Source: Cyclobacteriaceae bacterium (GTDB lineage: Bacteria; Bacteroidota; Bacteroidia; Cytophagales; Cyclobacteriaceae). Taken from it: a stretch of 64,000 nucleotides of DNA. Under the pieces are notes generated by a model. It saw only the letters and a program-made list of their open reading frames with translations, had not been told where the DNA came from and did not search any database. The stretch's first letter is position 1. Each line of letters starts with the position of its first letter. Positions 1-10,183 of this stretch are shown here, one piece after another. The position numbers were made by a program, and so were the translations under genes. The stretch is from NCBI GenBank assembly GCA_043776715.1, contig JAYVQY010000085.1, positions 639 through 64,638 of the forward strand. Reading direction: 5' to 3'.

Positions 1-257
1 TAGCTCATTCCTTTGGATAAGCGGAAATTATTCCCGCTTTCTAATTCGCTTGTGAATTCTCCCTCGAGACAATGAACAATGTGACCCAATTGACACCAAT
101 GGTCAGCAACGTAGTTCTTGCTGTACTCCACAAGACGAATGCGCAGACCTTCAAACTGAATCGTTTGCCAATAAGCAACACCACTTTCGCCAGGATGGAT
201 TGTTTTTTCAATTGAGTCCCAGGGTATTGTTTGAAAGGGAATGTTTTCAGTATGCAT
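1..257 (-). CDS. cupin-fold protein, C-terminus cut off by the window edge
   Basis: Absent from the ORF track because it runs off the window. A reverse-strand ATG at 257..255 opens MHTENIPFQTIPWDSIEKTIHPGESGVAYWQTIQFEGLRIRLVEYSKNYVADHWCQLGHIVHCLEGEF... This looks like a small cupin-type beta-barrel with a DHWC..GH..H motif. The family call is from memory. Confidence 0.5.
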   Translation of the reverse strand, partial: MHTENIPFQTIPWDSIEKTIHPGESGVAYWQTIQFEGLRIRLVEYSKNYVADHWCQLGHIVHCLEGEFTSELESGNNFRLSKGMS

Positions 258-310
258 AAGTGGCTTATCTTAATTTTCTTTTAAAGTAGTAACCGCTAAT
301 TTTGAACAGC

Positions 311-1345
311 ATGGATACTAAAACAGGGTGCTATTTCAAAGTTAATCTAAAGGTCATATTTCGTGATCATGTTCAAGAGCAAAAGGTACAAGTGGGCATC
401 GATCGGCTTGCTAATCTGAGAGGCTGTTCAGCCCTCCTTTGCATCCTTATTGCAATAACATCATTTGGCCAAAACAGAAAGGTTTGTTTTTCGTACGATG
501 ATTTGCCGGTAGTGAGTTATGGAAGGACAGATTCATCATTTCAAAAAGATCTGATGGGAAATTTGATTGAATCATTAAGAAGAAATAGAATTCCAGCCAT
601 TGGCTTTGTCAATGAAACCAAGTTATACAATAAGCCGGGATTGATTCATTTTCAGATTGGACTTCTTGAAAGTTGGGTTTATGGTGGATTCGATTTGGGT
701 AACCACACTTATTCCCACATTGATTATAATACGACCGCTTACAATGAATTCACTAAAAACATTTTGCAAGGCGAGACTGTCACAAAGGAAATACTGCACC
801 GCAGGAGTAAGTCATTACAGTATTTCAGACATCCCTTTTTGCATATTGGCAATTCGAGAGAAAGGGCTGATTCGCTCAAGAATTTTCTGACAGCGCATGG
901 GTACATGATTGCACCGGTCACCATTGATAACGAAGATTATTTGTTTGCCTTAGCCTATCACAGAGCTAGCGATAAACTAGATAGGGGTCTAATGAAAAAG
1001 ATAGGACATGATTATGTTGAATACATAGAGCTAAAATTGAAATATTTTGAGAGACAGACGTATAATCTATTCCAACGGGATATAAGCCAGATTTTGCTTT
1101 TGCATGCCAGCCTGCTAAATTCTGATTACGTGGAACCACTTGTGAGTATGTTCAGGAAGAATGATTATGATTTCATAAGCATGGAGCAAGCACTGCAGGA
1201 CAAGGTATATGAGACTGAAATTTCCTCCTATGGTAACTGGGGAATTTCGTGGATTGATCGTTGGGCTTTATCAAAAGGTAAAAAAGGTGAATTCTTTAAA
1301 GGAGAACCCTCAACACCTGAATACATTGTTGAATTAGCAAAATAG
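311..1345 (+). CDS. polysaccharide deacetylase (NodB / CE4 family)
   Basis: ORF 302..1345. NodB-type motifs are present: FSYDDLP (Asp-Asp metal/catalytic motif) and HTYSH (His-x-x-x-His). The start is uncertain among TTG 302, ATG 311 and GTG 392. GTG 392 would give the signal-peptide-like N-terminus MGIDRLANLRGCSALLCILIAITSFGQ. Confidence 0.8.
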   Translation: MDTKTGCYFKVNLKVIFRDHVQEQKVQVGIDRLANLRGCSALLCILIAITSFGQNRKVCFSYDDLPVVSYGRTDSSFQKDLMGNLIESLRRNRIPAIGFVNETKLYNKPGLIHFQIGLLESWVYGGFDLGNHTYSHIDYNTTAYNEFTKNILQGETVTKEILHRRSKSLQYFRHPFLHIGNSRERADSLKNFLTAHGYMIAPVTIDNEDYLFALAYHRASDKLDRGLMKKIGHDYVEYIELKLKYFERQTYNLFQRDISQILLLHASLLNSDYVEPLVSMFRKNDYDFISMEQALQDKVYETEISSYGNWGISWIDRWALSKGKKGEFFKGEPSTPEYIVELAK

Positions 1346-1347
1346 GG

Positions 1348-2559
1348 TTACTTCACCCGTTCTGCCAACATCACCAACTTTTGTTTTTCATCCTGCGTAC
1401 ATATGAGATACTGCTCTCCGCCTTCTTTCAAAGCAGTTTTCTTTTTTACCTCTTCCACACTCATAGGGTAGTTGCGGGTTATGATATTGGCATATCCATT
1501 GACAAATCTGTCTTTTAATTTCTTGTCAGGCTTTGCAAATTCCAAAACTTTAAAAATCCTACCAGGGAAATCTTTCTTTTGATCGACCGAAGTGTAAAGG
1601 TGTGTACTGACGGCCAATTTGGATAAATGATAATGTTGAGCAACCCATTTAAATGCTCCGGCTTTCATGATCGCAGCATTGGGTTCGTATAAATAGGTGA
1701 GGGGAGAAGAGAAGGCGGCTGCCGCATTAGCCTCAACTTCAAAAGTGAAAGAAGATTGGTTTATGATTTCTCCTCTTTTATCAAGATCAATTGCGCGGAT
1801 TGACGGTGTGCCGGTATAATTGTTCTGAAGGAGAAACAGTAATTCCCGGCACTCATTCTCCACGGCAACAACAATGATCTGGAGCGTATGGATTAGTTCC
1901 TTACTCCCTTGCTGGAGGTCAAGGAGGGGAGAGGTTTTGATAAGTAAATGGTTCGTTATGCGAAGAATTTCCGACTGCAATTTCACAATCTCGGGGTCAC
2001 TGTCGGTGAGGCGGTAAATTTTTTGTTGCCCTTTTCTTCGGGACGGATCGATGTAGACAAAATCAAAGTGTTGAGTGTTTGAATGAATGAACACTTCCGC
2101 AGATGTTTGATGATATGAAATGTTATCGGCACCAAGCAGGTGATGATTGTGCCTGGCAATTTCAAGAAGATCTACGTCCGGTTCTACATAATCTACATGA
2201 TGTGCCTGCAGGCTTAGGAAGTATGTGTCAATGCCGAATCCACCGGTAAGATCGACGCACTTTAATTCTTTTTTGTTGGCAATATCTTGAAGAAGTGTGG
2301 CTTTAAATTTTCCCGAGGCTTCTGAAGAGCATTGTTCAAGGTTGAGAGAAGGTGGGTAAACAATTCCCTTTGTGCGATACCATGTGTCAAGCTTAGTCAT
2401 GGCTTTTCGTCTGCCAATAAGTTGCTGGGCGATCCATTCAGTGGGCACACCGTGAATGGTTTTCTGTTTCAGCAAAAGTTTTTGGACATCATCGTTCTCA
2501 TGAGCGAGGAGGAACTCCTGTACTTCTTCATTTAAATGGAACCGGGGTAATTGAGGCAT
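1348..2559 (-). CDS. class I SAM-dependent methyltransferase with an extended C-terminal (THUMP-like) region
   Basis: 403 aa ORF with ATG at 2559. SAM-binding motif I is VDLTGGFGIDT, followed by an acidic motif II (VDYVE). Confidence 0.75.
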   Translation of the reverse strand: MPQLPRFHLNEEVQEFLLAHENDDVQKLLLKQKTIHGVPTEWIAQQLIGRRKAMTKLDTWYRTKGIVYPPSLNLEQCSSEASGKFKATLLQDIANKKELKCVDLTGGFGIDTYFLSLQAHHVDYVEPDVDLLEIARHNHHLLGADNISYHQTSAEVFIHSNTQHFDFVYIDPSRRKGQQKIYRLTDSDPEIVKLQSEILRITNHLLIKTSPLLDLQQGSKELIHTLQIIVVAVENECRELLFLLQNNYTGTPSIRAIDLDKRGEIINQSSFTFEVEANAAAAFSSPLTYLYEPNAAIMKAGAFKWVAQHYHLSKLAVSTHLYTSVDQKKDFPGRIFKVLEFAKPDKKLKDRFVNGYANIITRNYPMSVEEVKKKTALKEGGEQYLICTQDEKQKLVMLAERVK

Positions 2560-2611
2560 GAGGGTTTATTAAAAGTAACTAAATGCTCTTTATCTTCGCG
2601 CGCCCAATGGA

Positions 2612-3838
2612 ATGAAAAAGCCAATCATCATCATCTTCATCACGATCTTCATCGATATGCTCGGGTTTGGGATCATTATTCCCATCCTTCCGATCTTCTC
2701 GAAAGAGCTTGGTGCAGCCAACTACCAGGTAGGCCTCATCGCCATGAGCTTCCCGATCATGAATTTTTTGTTTGCTCCTTTTTGGGGCTCCCTCAGCGAT
2801 CGCTTCGGACGTAGACCGATCATTCTGGTAAGTGTACTCATCACGGGATTGGCCTATTTACTTTTTTCTCAGACAGTGAACTTATGGTTGTTGCTTCTTT
2901 CGCGCATACTTTCAGGGATCGGCTCGGCAAATCTCTCTGTCGCACAGGCATATATTGCAGACATCACTCCGCCGCAGGAACGCGCGAAGTCGATGGGCCT
3001 CATTGGCGCAGCCTTTGGGCTTGGGTTCATTATAGGCCCCACAGCGGGTGGCTATATGAAAAGCATTTCCTCTGCAGGCCAGGTTGACTGGGTGGGGTAT
3101 CTGGCTGCAGGATTGTGTCTCATCAATCTGGTGATGGCTTACTTTCTTCTCCCTGAGTCCTTGAAAGAAAAACAAAAGAATGTAAGATTTAATTTCAAAG
3201 TGATCTCCGGTATTGTTGCAGAATTGCGCAAACCCTCAATCCGCGAGCTACTCCTCATTAATTTTATTTTCATTACGGCCTTTATGATCATGCAGATTTC
3301 TGTTACCCTTTTCTGGAGAGAGAAAATAGGATTGAATGAAGTTGAAATGGGCAACATGTTTGCGTTTATCGGATTTGCCACGGTGATTGTACAGGGTGGA
3401 CTCGTGGGGCGTATGGTAAAAAAATTCGGTGAGACAAAACTGCTGACATATGGAACGTACTTGTTCATCATTTCTCTTGTCATGATTCCGTGGGTGACGC
3501 CCAAAACGTTTCTGCCCATTGAATTGACGGCCTTTGCAATCATGGCATTGGCGAATGGATGCATGACTCCCTCCATCACATCGCTCCTTTCCAAATCAGC
3601 GGATCCAAAAGACGTTGGCCAGGTATTGGGGGTGAATCAATCTTTTGGTTCTATGGCTCGTGCTGCAGGGATGGGATTAAGCGGATTTATTTATGGAATT
3701 GAATTTCACCTGCCCTTCATAACAGGGGCGGTGATGATGTTACTTTGCATCTGGCTTGGTGTGCTGCTGGAAAGGAGAACGCATCACCAGCCTCGAATCA
3801 TTAACGAAGGAAAAAAGTTAATAACCCTGAAATCATAA
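2612..3838 (+). CDS. MFS transporter (tetracycline-efflux-like subfamily)
   Basis: 408 aa with about 12 hydrophobic segments. The MFS loop 2-3 signature GSLSDRFGRRP is present. Confidence 0.85.
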   Translation: MKKPIIIIFITIFIDMLGFGIIIPILPIFSKELGAANYQVGLIAMSFPIMNFLFAPFWGSLSDRFGRRPIILVSVLITGLAYLLFSQTVNLWLLLLSRILSGIGSANLSVAQAYIADITPPQERAKSMGLIGAAFGLGFIIGPTAGGYMKSISSAGQVDWVGYLAAGLCLINLVMAYFLLPESLKEKQKNVRFNFKVISGIVAELRKPSIRELLLINFIFITAFMIMQISVTLFWREKIGLNEVEMGNMFAFIGFATVIVQGGLVGRMVKKFGETKLLTYGTYLFIISLVMIPWVTPKTFLPIELTAFAIMALANGCMTPSITSLLSKSADPKDVGQVLGVNQSFGSMARAAGMGLSGFIYGIEFHLPFITGAVMMLLCIWLGVLLERRTHHQPRIINEGKKLITLKS

Positions 3839-4415
3839 GGGTTACACCTGTAATAATGCCGGCATTGTGTTCAAGTGAATGCCAGTTCATTTTGAGCAAA
3901 CCATTATGCGCGAGTCTAACCCAAATGACCATGCCGCTGACAGTAACTATTGTATAAAGAGCCGCCAGCATCACCACCATCCATAAGCCTTGCGCCCCCG
4001 CCACCAGAAAGTAAGCTTCAATCTCAAAACAGGGTGAAAAGAACATGGCAGACGCCAGGGAGAAGATGATTTTGTTCTTGTTTGAAACCTGTTCAGGATG
4101 GCCATGCATATGAAAATGGTGATGTTGGCTGTGCTGGTAGATATAGAAAAGTCCCAGCGTGACCAACAAACCCGGTGCAATAAAGGCAGTAAAACTTTCA
4201 ACAAGCACGGCCAGTTTGGCCCCTATGAATGCGAGAAGAACTCCTATTAATACAGTACTGGCTGCATGAGCAAGACCCGCAATCAGGGTGACGCGGGTGG
4301 TCTCTGACAAATCCCATTTTTCTTTCTTGCTGATGGCAAGTACGGGCAGCCAATGATTTGGAATCATGCCATGAAGAATGCTAAGAACGAGGGCCGCCGA
4401 GAAAAGTGTGATCAT
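3801..4415 (-). CDS. His-rich six-TM membrane protein, putative divalent-metal transporter (family uncertain)
   Basis: 204 aa, hydrophobic throughout. Features are LHGMIPNHW in the first TM segment, a central loop YQHSQHHHFHMHGHPEQ, and SPCFEIE in a later TM segment. It is co-directional with the RND adaptor gene and 41 nt downstream of it. Confidence 0.6.
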   Translation of the reverse strand: MITLFSAALVLSILHGMIPNHWLPVLAISKKEKWDLSETTRVTLIAGLAHAASTVLIGVLLAFIGAKLAVLVESFTAFIAPGLLVTLGLFYIYQHSQHHHFHMHGHPEQVSNKNKIIFSLASAMFFSPCFEIEAYFLVAGAQGLWMVVMLAALYTIVTVSGMVIWVRLAHNGLLKMNWHSLEHNAGIITGVTLMISGLLTFFLR

Positions 4416-4456
4416 GGTTCAAAGTTAACAGGCCAGCTACTCATTCTTCCTTAAAA

Positions 4457-5605
4457 TTATTCTTCTTTGTTTTTCAGAAGGCCAAGCAACGCATAGGTAC
4501 CCTTGATGACAATGGATTTGTTGAGTGCAGCCTCAGGGACCATCACCGTAGTATAATCTCCCTCCGTACGTCCTTTGGCAATTTCAATCATGCTAAACTG
4601 ATGATTGTCGGACGGGTTGGCAAGGAAAATAAAATCCTTGCCTTCAAAGCTGACGATTGCCTCATTGGGGAGCACATCGGAGGTCTGCTCATCGGTTTCA
4701 ATAATGGCGCTGAAATACATGCCTGGAATTAGGGACGGATCTTCTACCGTTAAATGACAATGAACCCTTACCGTACGTTCTTTAGTAATTTCTTTTCCAA
4801 CGAGATAAACCTTTGCCAGTCTTTCCTTTGTTTCGTTTGACAAGGTGATGCGAACGGTTTGTCCGATCGCCAATTTTGAAATGTCCCTTTCAAAAACCTG
4901 CGCCTCCGCATGAAGATGTTCGGTATCAACTATTTTTGCCATGACATCCGTGGGATTTACATGGACACCAATGTTGATATTCACCTGAGTCAGAAAGCCG
5001 GATATGGGTGAAATGATGGAAATGGTGTTTCGAATCTCTCCGGCTTCAATGTCAACAGGATCAATATTGATCAATTTTAATTTTGCTTTCAGTCCTTCAA
5101 CCTTTGCTTTTGTGCTCAAGTAGTTTGACTTTGATTGCTGGAGCGTTTTCATTGAATTGACATTGTCCGTCGCCAGGTCCTGTTGACGTTTATACTCCAG
5201 CGCCAGAAACTCCAATTGGCTTTTGCCATCGAGGTAGTCTTGCTGGATTTGAATGTAATCGGGGTGCTCCATCACGATGAGTACTTGCCCTTTTTTCACC
5301 TTCATGCCCTGCAACAATTCAGTGTATTTGACAAAGCCACCCAACGGTGCGGATACAGTTACTAAATTTTGGGGAGGCACATCCAGCATACCATTGGCTT
5401 TTATTTGGTTGCTCATCTTCCGTTTTTCCAGGCTACCGAGCTGGGCACCAACGGATTTTAATTGCTCATCGGATAAAATAACTTCATTGGTGGCGGAGGT
5501 TTCGCTTTGAGGTTTTGAAGTCTTTTCAACAGGTGTCTGCTCTGTTGTTTTGGAGCATGAAGAAAGGGCTACCAGGAGGATGCCGAATATAATAGAGTTT
5601 TTCAT
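4457..5605 (-). CDS. efflux RND transporter periplasmic adaptor subunit (HlyD/CzcB-like)
   Basis: 382 aa with lipoprotein-type N-terminus LVALSSCS. It has the coiled-coil hairpin and beta-barrel layout typical of membrane fusion proteins, and it sits in the czcA operon. Confidence 0.85.
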   Translation of the reverse strand: MKNSIIFGILLVALSSCSKTTEQTPVEKTSKPQSETSATNEVILSDEQLKSVGAQLGSLEKRKMSNQIKANGMLDVPPQNLVTVSAPLGGFVKYTELLQGMKVKKGQVLIVMEHPDYIQIQQDYLDGKSQLEFLALEYKRQQDLATDNVNSMKTLQQSKSNYLSTKAKVEGLKAKLKLINIDPVDIEAGEIRNTISIISPISGFLTQVNINIGVHVNPTDVMAKIVDTEHLHAEAQVFERDISKLAIGQTVRITLSNETKERLAKVYLVGKEITKERTVRVHCHLTVEDPSLIPGMYFSAIIETDEQTSDVLPNEAIVSFEGKDFIFLANPSDNHQFSMIEIAKGRTEGDYTTVMVPEAALNKSIVIKGTYALLGLLKNKEE

Positions 5606-5628
5606 TTCAGAATTTAGTTTTCAATGGT

Positions 5629-6858
5629 TTAAAATATTCCCAGAAGAAATTCGAGCTTGACAATGGATTGATTGAACTGATTAAGAGACAACAAATAGTT
5701 TGACTTGATAGAAAGAGCATTTCTAAGTGACTGCAGGTATTCAATGTACCCGATCTCACCTCCGCGATAGGCCTTGCGTGCCTGCGACAAAATCAAATCA
5801 GCGTTTTGTAATGCGCTCGTTTCATAGTAATAAAGCCCCGCCTGACTTTTTTCTAATTCTTTAATGGATTGTGAATATGCTCCCCCAAGGGTTGTTTCAT
5901 AATATTCAGCGTTCTTACGGGAGGCCTCCTCTTGATATGCTGCTGCTTTTGATCTGGCAATGTGTGGCGCAAACCAAAGTGGGATACCAAGGCCAAGTTG
6001 AAAACCCTGAAAACGGTAGCTTCGCGGATAGAACTGATCCTGACCATTTATGTTCTGAATGCCTGTTAAGCTTTGAACAAAATAACCAAGCATTAAGTCT
6101 GGCAATATCTTGTTGCGTTCTAATGTTTTGAACTGGCCGCTGATCAGCACCTGCTGTCTTAAGTAATCAAGCTGAGGATTATTTTGAAAAGAGACTGCCT
6201 CATCAGGAGGTGTTAACCTTTTCAAGATATCACCAGCCTCCACCGGATTTTCACTTTTTAGCAAGGCCTGAATCTTTGCCTGGGAAATTTGAATGTCCGC
6301 ATCGTTTTGTCTCACAAGATTTTTCACCTCCAGGGATTGTGTTTCAGCGGTAGTTTTTTCCAACAAGTTACTTTCGCCTGCTTTGTAACGCGAGGATGAT
6401 GCTTTTGCGAAATCGGTGTACAGGCTATCCTGAGAAAGAAGTAGTTTTTTAAGTGCTTCCTGATAAAGTAATTGTTCGTACGCCGTCTTAACTTCAAATA
6501 CAAGCGTGTTCTGAGCCATGACAAGGTTCTTTTCTGAACCAATCACTTGTTCTTTGCCTAACCGAACCTGAGCCCCAAGTGCTGTCGGGAAAGGAAGACT
6601 CTGGGTAAGGGTAAGGTTGTTATCTTGATAGATGGAATTGTATTGACCATGCATCCAAACAGCCGACATCTTGCCAATATCTGTTCCGGCTTTCTTCAGT
6701 TGCTTAAAATACTCCACCTGGAATTCGGCAGACTTAATCATCTGGTTGTTTTGCAGCGCTGCCTGCACGGCCTGCTCGCGGCTCATCCTTTGGCCGAAGA
6801 CCATGGAGGTGTTGAGTAGAAGAAGGATGGCTAGATTTTGGATAGTGAATCGTTTCAT
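5629..6858 (-). CDS. TolC-family outer membrane efflux protein (CzcC-like)
   Basis: ORF 5629..6921. I prefer the internal ATG at 6858 (MKRFTIQNLAILLLLNTSMVFGQ, signal-like) because it removes the 56-nt overlap with czcA. The two-repeat alpha-helical/beta-barrel composition is typical of outer-membrane factors. Confidence 0.8.
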   Translation of the reverse strand: MKRFTIQNLAILLLLNTSMVFGQRMSREQAVQAALQNNQMIKSAEFQVEYFKQLKKAGTDIGKMSAVWMHGQYNSIYQDNNLTLTQSLPFPTALGAQVRLGKEQVIGSEKNLVMAQNTLVFEVKTAYEQLLYQEALKKLLLSQDSLYTDFAKASSSRYKAGESNLLEKTTAETQSLEVKNLVRQNDADIQISQAKIQALLKSENPVEAGDILKRLTPPDEAVSFQNNPQLDYLRQQVLISGQFKTLERNKILPDLMLGYFVQSLTGIQNINGQDQFYPRSYRFQGFQLGLGIPLWFAPHIARSKAAAYQEEASRKNAEYYETTLGGAYSQSIKELEKSQAGLYYYETSALQNADLILSQARKAYRGGEIGYIEYLQSLRNALSIKSNYLLSLNQFNQSIVKLEFLLGIF

Positions 6859-6865
6859 GATCCTA

Positions 6866-9800
6866 TTAATTTTGTATTGACAAATCGTTTGTGACACTTT
6901 TATTATCATTTTCTTTTTCAAAATAGGTATAGAGTATTGGGAGTACGATGAGGGTGAGGAGTGTTGCTGTGATCAAGCCCCCAATGACTACCGTAGCAAG
7001 TGGTCTTTGTACCTCCGCTCCTGAGCCGCTAGAGATGGCCATGGGTAAGAATCCCAGCGAGGCAACAAGCGCTGTCATGAGTACGGGCCGCAATCTTACT
7101 TCAGTACCCTTTCGTACAATGTCTTTCAGTGAAATATTGCCAAGTTTATTCAGCCGATTGAATTCAGCAATCAACACGATGCCATTGAGTACGGCGACAC
7201 CAAACAAAGCGATGAACCCAATGCCGGCAGAAATGCTGAAGGGCATGTCTCTTATCCACAAAGCAATGACACCCCCAATGGCGGAGAGGGGGATGGCCGT
7301 AAAAATCAAAAGGCTTTGTCGAAGGGAATTAAATGTGAAGAAGAGGAGCAAAAAAATCAACCCCAGCGCCAAGGGCACTGCTACCGTAAGTCGTTGCTTT
7401 GCCTCTTCCAGGTTCTTAAATGAACCACCGTACTTTGTAAAATATCCTGGTTCAAACTTTACCTCGGCAGCAATCTTTTCTTCTATCTCTTTAACGATGG
7501 TTTCCACATCCCGTCCTCGCACGTTAAACCCTATAGCAATTCGGCGTTTCGCATCATCGCGTTGAATTTGATTGGGACCTACTTCGAAGTCAATGGTCGC
7601 CAACTGCTTCAGTGGAATGTTTTGTCCGTTGGAGGATGTTATAAAGAGATCTCGAATGTCTTCTATACTTTGTCGGCTTGAGCTGGCAAGGCGCACCACA
7701 AGATCGAAGCGTTTTTCATTTTCAAAAACCAACCCAGCGGGCTCTCCAGAGAATGCTGTGCGCATCGTTTGGTTGGCGTCCTCTATGTTGAGACCAAATC
7801 GAGCAAGTTCATCCCGGTTATAACGAACCACGATCTGGCGAAGGCCACCAATAGGCTCAACATAAATATCCTGAGCACCCTCTACCGTGTTGGCAATTTT
7901 TCCAATGTGGTCTGCGTAGTCTGCAAGATGGTTCAAGTCTTCGCCGTAAACCTTAATGACAACATCCTGTCGAGCGCCAGTCATCATTTCGTTAAACCTC
8001 ATTTGAATCGGTTGTTGAAACCCATATGTAACGCCCGGCATGGATTCGTGAAGTTTGGCGGCCATCTTTTCAGCAAGCTCATCTCGCGAGGATGCGCTGG
8101 TCCATTCACTATGATCTTTTAGGATCACCATCAGGTCACTGGCTTCAACCGACATGGGGTCCGTCGGTATTTCAGAGGTGCCCGTCTTGGTTACTACTTC
8201 CTTCACTTCCGGGAAATTGTCGAGTAGCACACGCGCACTCTGCTGAGTTGCAGCGACACTTTGAGATAGCGAGCTTCCAGTCATCACACGTGTATCTACT
8301 GCGAAATCACCTTCGTCGAGGATGGGAATGAACTCTCCTCCGAGCGTGAAGAAGAGCATGACACTCAGCACGAGTCCGACAAACGCGGCTGATAACACCA
8401 TCATCCTTCGCTTGAGGGAGAATTCAATGGCGGGCTGGTAAAGTCGATGTATTTTTTCAATTAACCTGTCGGAAATATTCTTTTTGTGTGTTGGATTCTT
8501 GCTCAGAACGAACGAAGAAATCATCGGCACATAGGTAAGGGATAAAATCAAGGCCCCGATGACGGCGAAACCAACAGTCTGTGCCATGGGCCTGAACATT
8601 TTTCCTTCTATTCCTACCAGCGAGAGAATCGGAAAATAGACGATAAGAATAATAATTTGGGCGAATGCCGCGGAGCGCATCATTTTGCTTGCGGACATAT
8701 GAACTTCGTTATCCATTTCTGTTTGAGAGAGTCTCTTCACTGCCCCAGAGACAGACAGATGATGCATGGTTGCCTCTACAATAATCACTGCGCCATCCAC
8801 AATTAAACCAAAATCGATCGCGCCAAGGCTCATTAAGTTTCCAGAGACCCCAAATAAATTCATCATGCTGATGGCAAACAACATGGCCAATGGAATTACA
8901 GAGGCCACAATGAGACCAGCCCTTAAGTTTCCGAGCAACAGCACCAACACGAACACCACAATCAAAGCTCCTTCGGCAAGATTCCGGGTGACGGTTGCAA
9001 TCGCGTTGTTCACCAGCTTGGTTCGATCAAGAAACGGATAGATTTCGACGCCTTCAGGTAATGTTTTTTGGATTTGTGCAATGCGCTCTTTCACGTTCGC
9101 AATCACTTGCGACGAGTTTGCATTTTTTAGCATCATGACCACAGCACCGGCAACTTCGCCAGCATCATTGTAACTGACAGCACCATAACGGGTGGCGTGC
9201 CCAAAACGCACGGTGGCAACATCCCGAATCAAAACGGGAAGTCCGTTGTCATTATTCTTAATAACAATCTTTTGAATGTCTTCTTGAGTTTGTATAAGGC
9301 CTTCGCTGCGGATAAAAAATGCATAGGGCTTCTGCTCAATGTATGCACCCCCTGTATTTTGATTATTCTTTTGAAGCGCATTGAAGACTTCCTTAATGGT
9401 GATATTGGTACTACGCAAACGGTCCGGTTGAAGAGCGATTTCATATTGCTTCAATTCCCCGCCCCAGCTTGCCACATCGGCTACACCGGCCACACCCAAT
9501 AACTGCCTTCGCACAATCCAATCCTGAATGGTACGCAACTCCATTGCATGATACTTATCCTCAAATCCTTTTTTTGGCCGCACGATGTATTGATAAATCT
9601 CTCCCAATCCTGTTGTGAGGGGAGCTAATTCGGGAGAACCAACACCAGAAGGAATCAAGTTTTTAGCCTGGGTCAGGCGCTCGCTTACTTGTTGACGGGC
9701 CCAGTAAACATCTGTTTGATCATTGAAGACAATGGTGACAACGGAAAGGCCAAATCGGGAGAATGAGCGTATTTCCGTGATGCCTGGAATGGTAGCCATG

Positions 9801-10015
9801 GTTTGCTCCACAGGAAATGTGACGAGACGTTCAATTTCAGGGGCAGCCAACGTAGGTGATATCGTAAGCACCATCACCTGATTGTTGGTGATGTCAGGAA
9901 CAGCATCAATAGGAAGTTGTGTAACGGAGTAAGCTCCCCACCCCACCAATCCGAACGTGAATAAAACTACAATGAGTTTATTGCGAATAGAAAAAGAAAT
10001 AATGCTGTCAAGCAT
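6866..10015 (-). CDS. czcA: CusA/CzcA-family heavy-metal efflux RND transporter
   Basis: 1049 aa with 12-TM RND architecture and two large periplasmic loops. Sequence blocks characteristic of the HME subfamily include DAVPDITNNQV and GAIDFGLIVDGAV. Confidence 0.93.
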   Translation of the reverse strand: MLDSIISFSIRNKLIVVLFTFGLVGWGAYSVTQLPIDAVPDITNNQVMVLTISPTLAAPEIERLVTFPVEQTMATIPGITEIRSFSRFGLSVVTIVFNDQTDVYWARQQVSERLTQAKNLIPSGVGSPELAPLTTGLGEIYQYIVRPKKGFEDKYHAMELRTIQDWIVRRQLLGVAGVADVASWGGELKQYEIALQPDRLRSTNITIKEVFNALQKNNQNTGGAYIEQKPYAFFIRSEGLIQTQEDIQKIVIKNNDNGLPVLIRDVATVRFGHATRYGAVSYNDAGEVAGAVVMMLKNANSSQVIANVKERIAQIQKTLPEGVEIYPFLDRTKLVNNAIATVTRNLAEGALIVVFVLVLLLGNLRAGLIVASVIPLAMLFAISMMNLFGVSGNLMSLGAIDFGLIVDGAVIIVEATMHHLSVSGAVKRLSQTEMDNEVHMSASKMMRSAAFAQIIILIVYFPILSLVGIEGKMFRPMAQTVGFAVIGALILSLTYVPMISSFVLSKNPTHKKNISDRLIEKIHRLYQPAIEFSLKRRMMVLSAAFVGLVLSVMLFFTLGGEFIPILDEGDFAVDTRVMTGSSLSQSVAATQQSARVLLDNFPEVKEVVTKTGTSEIPTDPMSVEASDLMVILKDHSEWTSASSRDELAEKMAAKLHESMPGVTYGFQQPIQMRFNEMMTGARQDVVIKVYGEDLNHLADYADHIGKIANTVEGAQDIYVEPIGGLRQIVVRYNRDELARFGLNIEDANQTMRTAFSGEPAGLVFENEKRFDLVVRLASSSRQSIEDIRDLFITSSNGQNIPLKQLATIDFEVGPNQIQRDDAKRRIAIGFNVRGRDVETIVKEIEEKIAAEVKFEPGYFTKYGGSFKNLEEAKQRLTVAVPLALGLIFLLLFFTFNSLRQSLLIFTAIPLSAIGGVIALWIRDMPFSISAGIGFIALFGVAVLNGIVLIAEFNRLNKLGNISLKDIVRKGTEVRLRPVLMTALVASLGFLPMAISSGSGAEVQRPLATVVIGGLITATLLTLIVLPILYTYFEKENDNKSVTNDLSIQN

Positions 10016-10183
10016 AAAAGATTCTTGTTAGTTGATTTCAGGCCGACTGAAATTATGGAACGCAAGACAGGAGTAGTTGCATACGCTGATCTCCGCGTCC
10101 AAAGGACAATACAGTCTGAATTATTTTAGTACAATAATGATGATGCGCTCTGTAATAGAAACAGAGGATTGGTCCCCACAGGC

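Noticed and set aside
2551-2814. 87-aa ORF with HHHLHHDLH overlapping the MFS gene start.
   Set aside because: It is an out-of-frame reading of the atc/ttc-rich region that encodes the first TM helix (KKPIIIIFITIFID) of the MFS transporter.
6948-7565. Long antisense ORFs inside confident genes. Examples are 6948..7565 in czcA, 3139..3594 in the MFS gene, 20419..20835 in SNF2, 26828..27265 in glyA, 31553..31963 in MATE, 35908..36312 in GH3, 51935..52366 in recJ, 53342..53731 in the Gly-rich gene, 55364..55888 in fumC and 58379..58930 in gltB.
   Set aside because: Each lies fully within a gene whose frame carries diagnostic motifs. Their translations are Ser/Arg/Leu-rich with no motifs, as expected for chance open frames opposite coding DNA.
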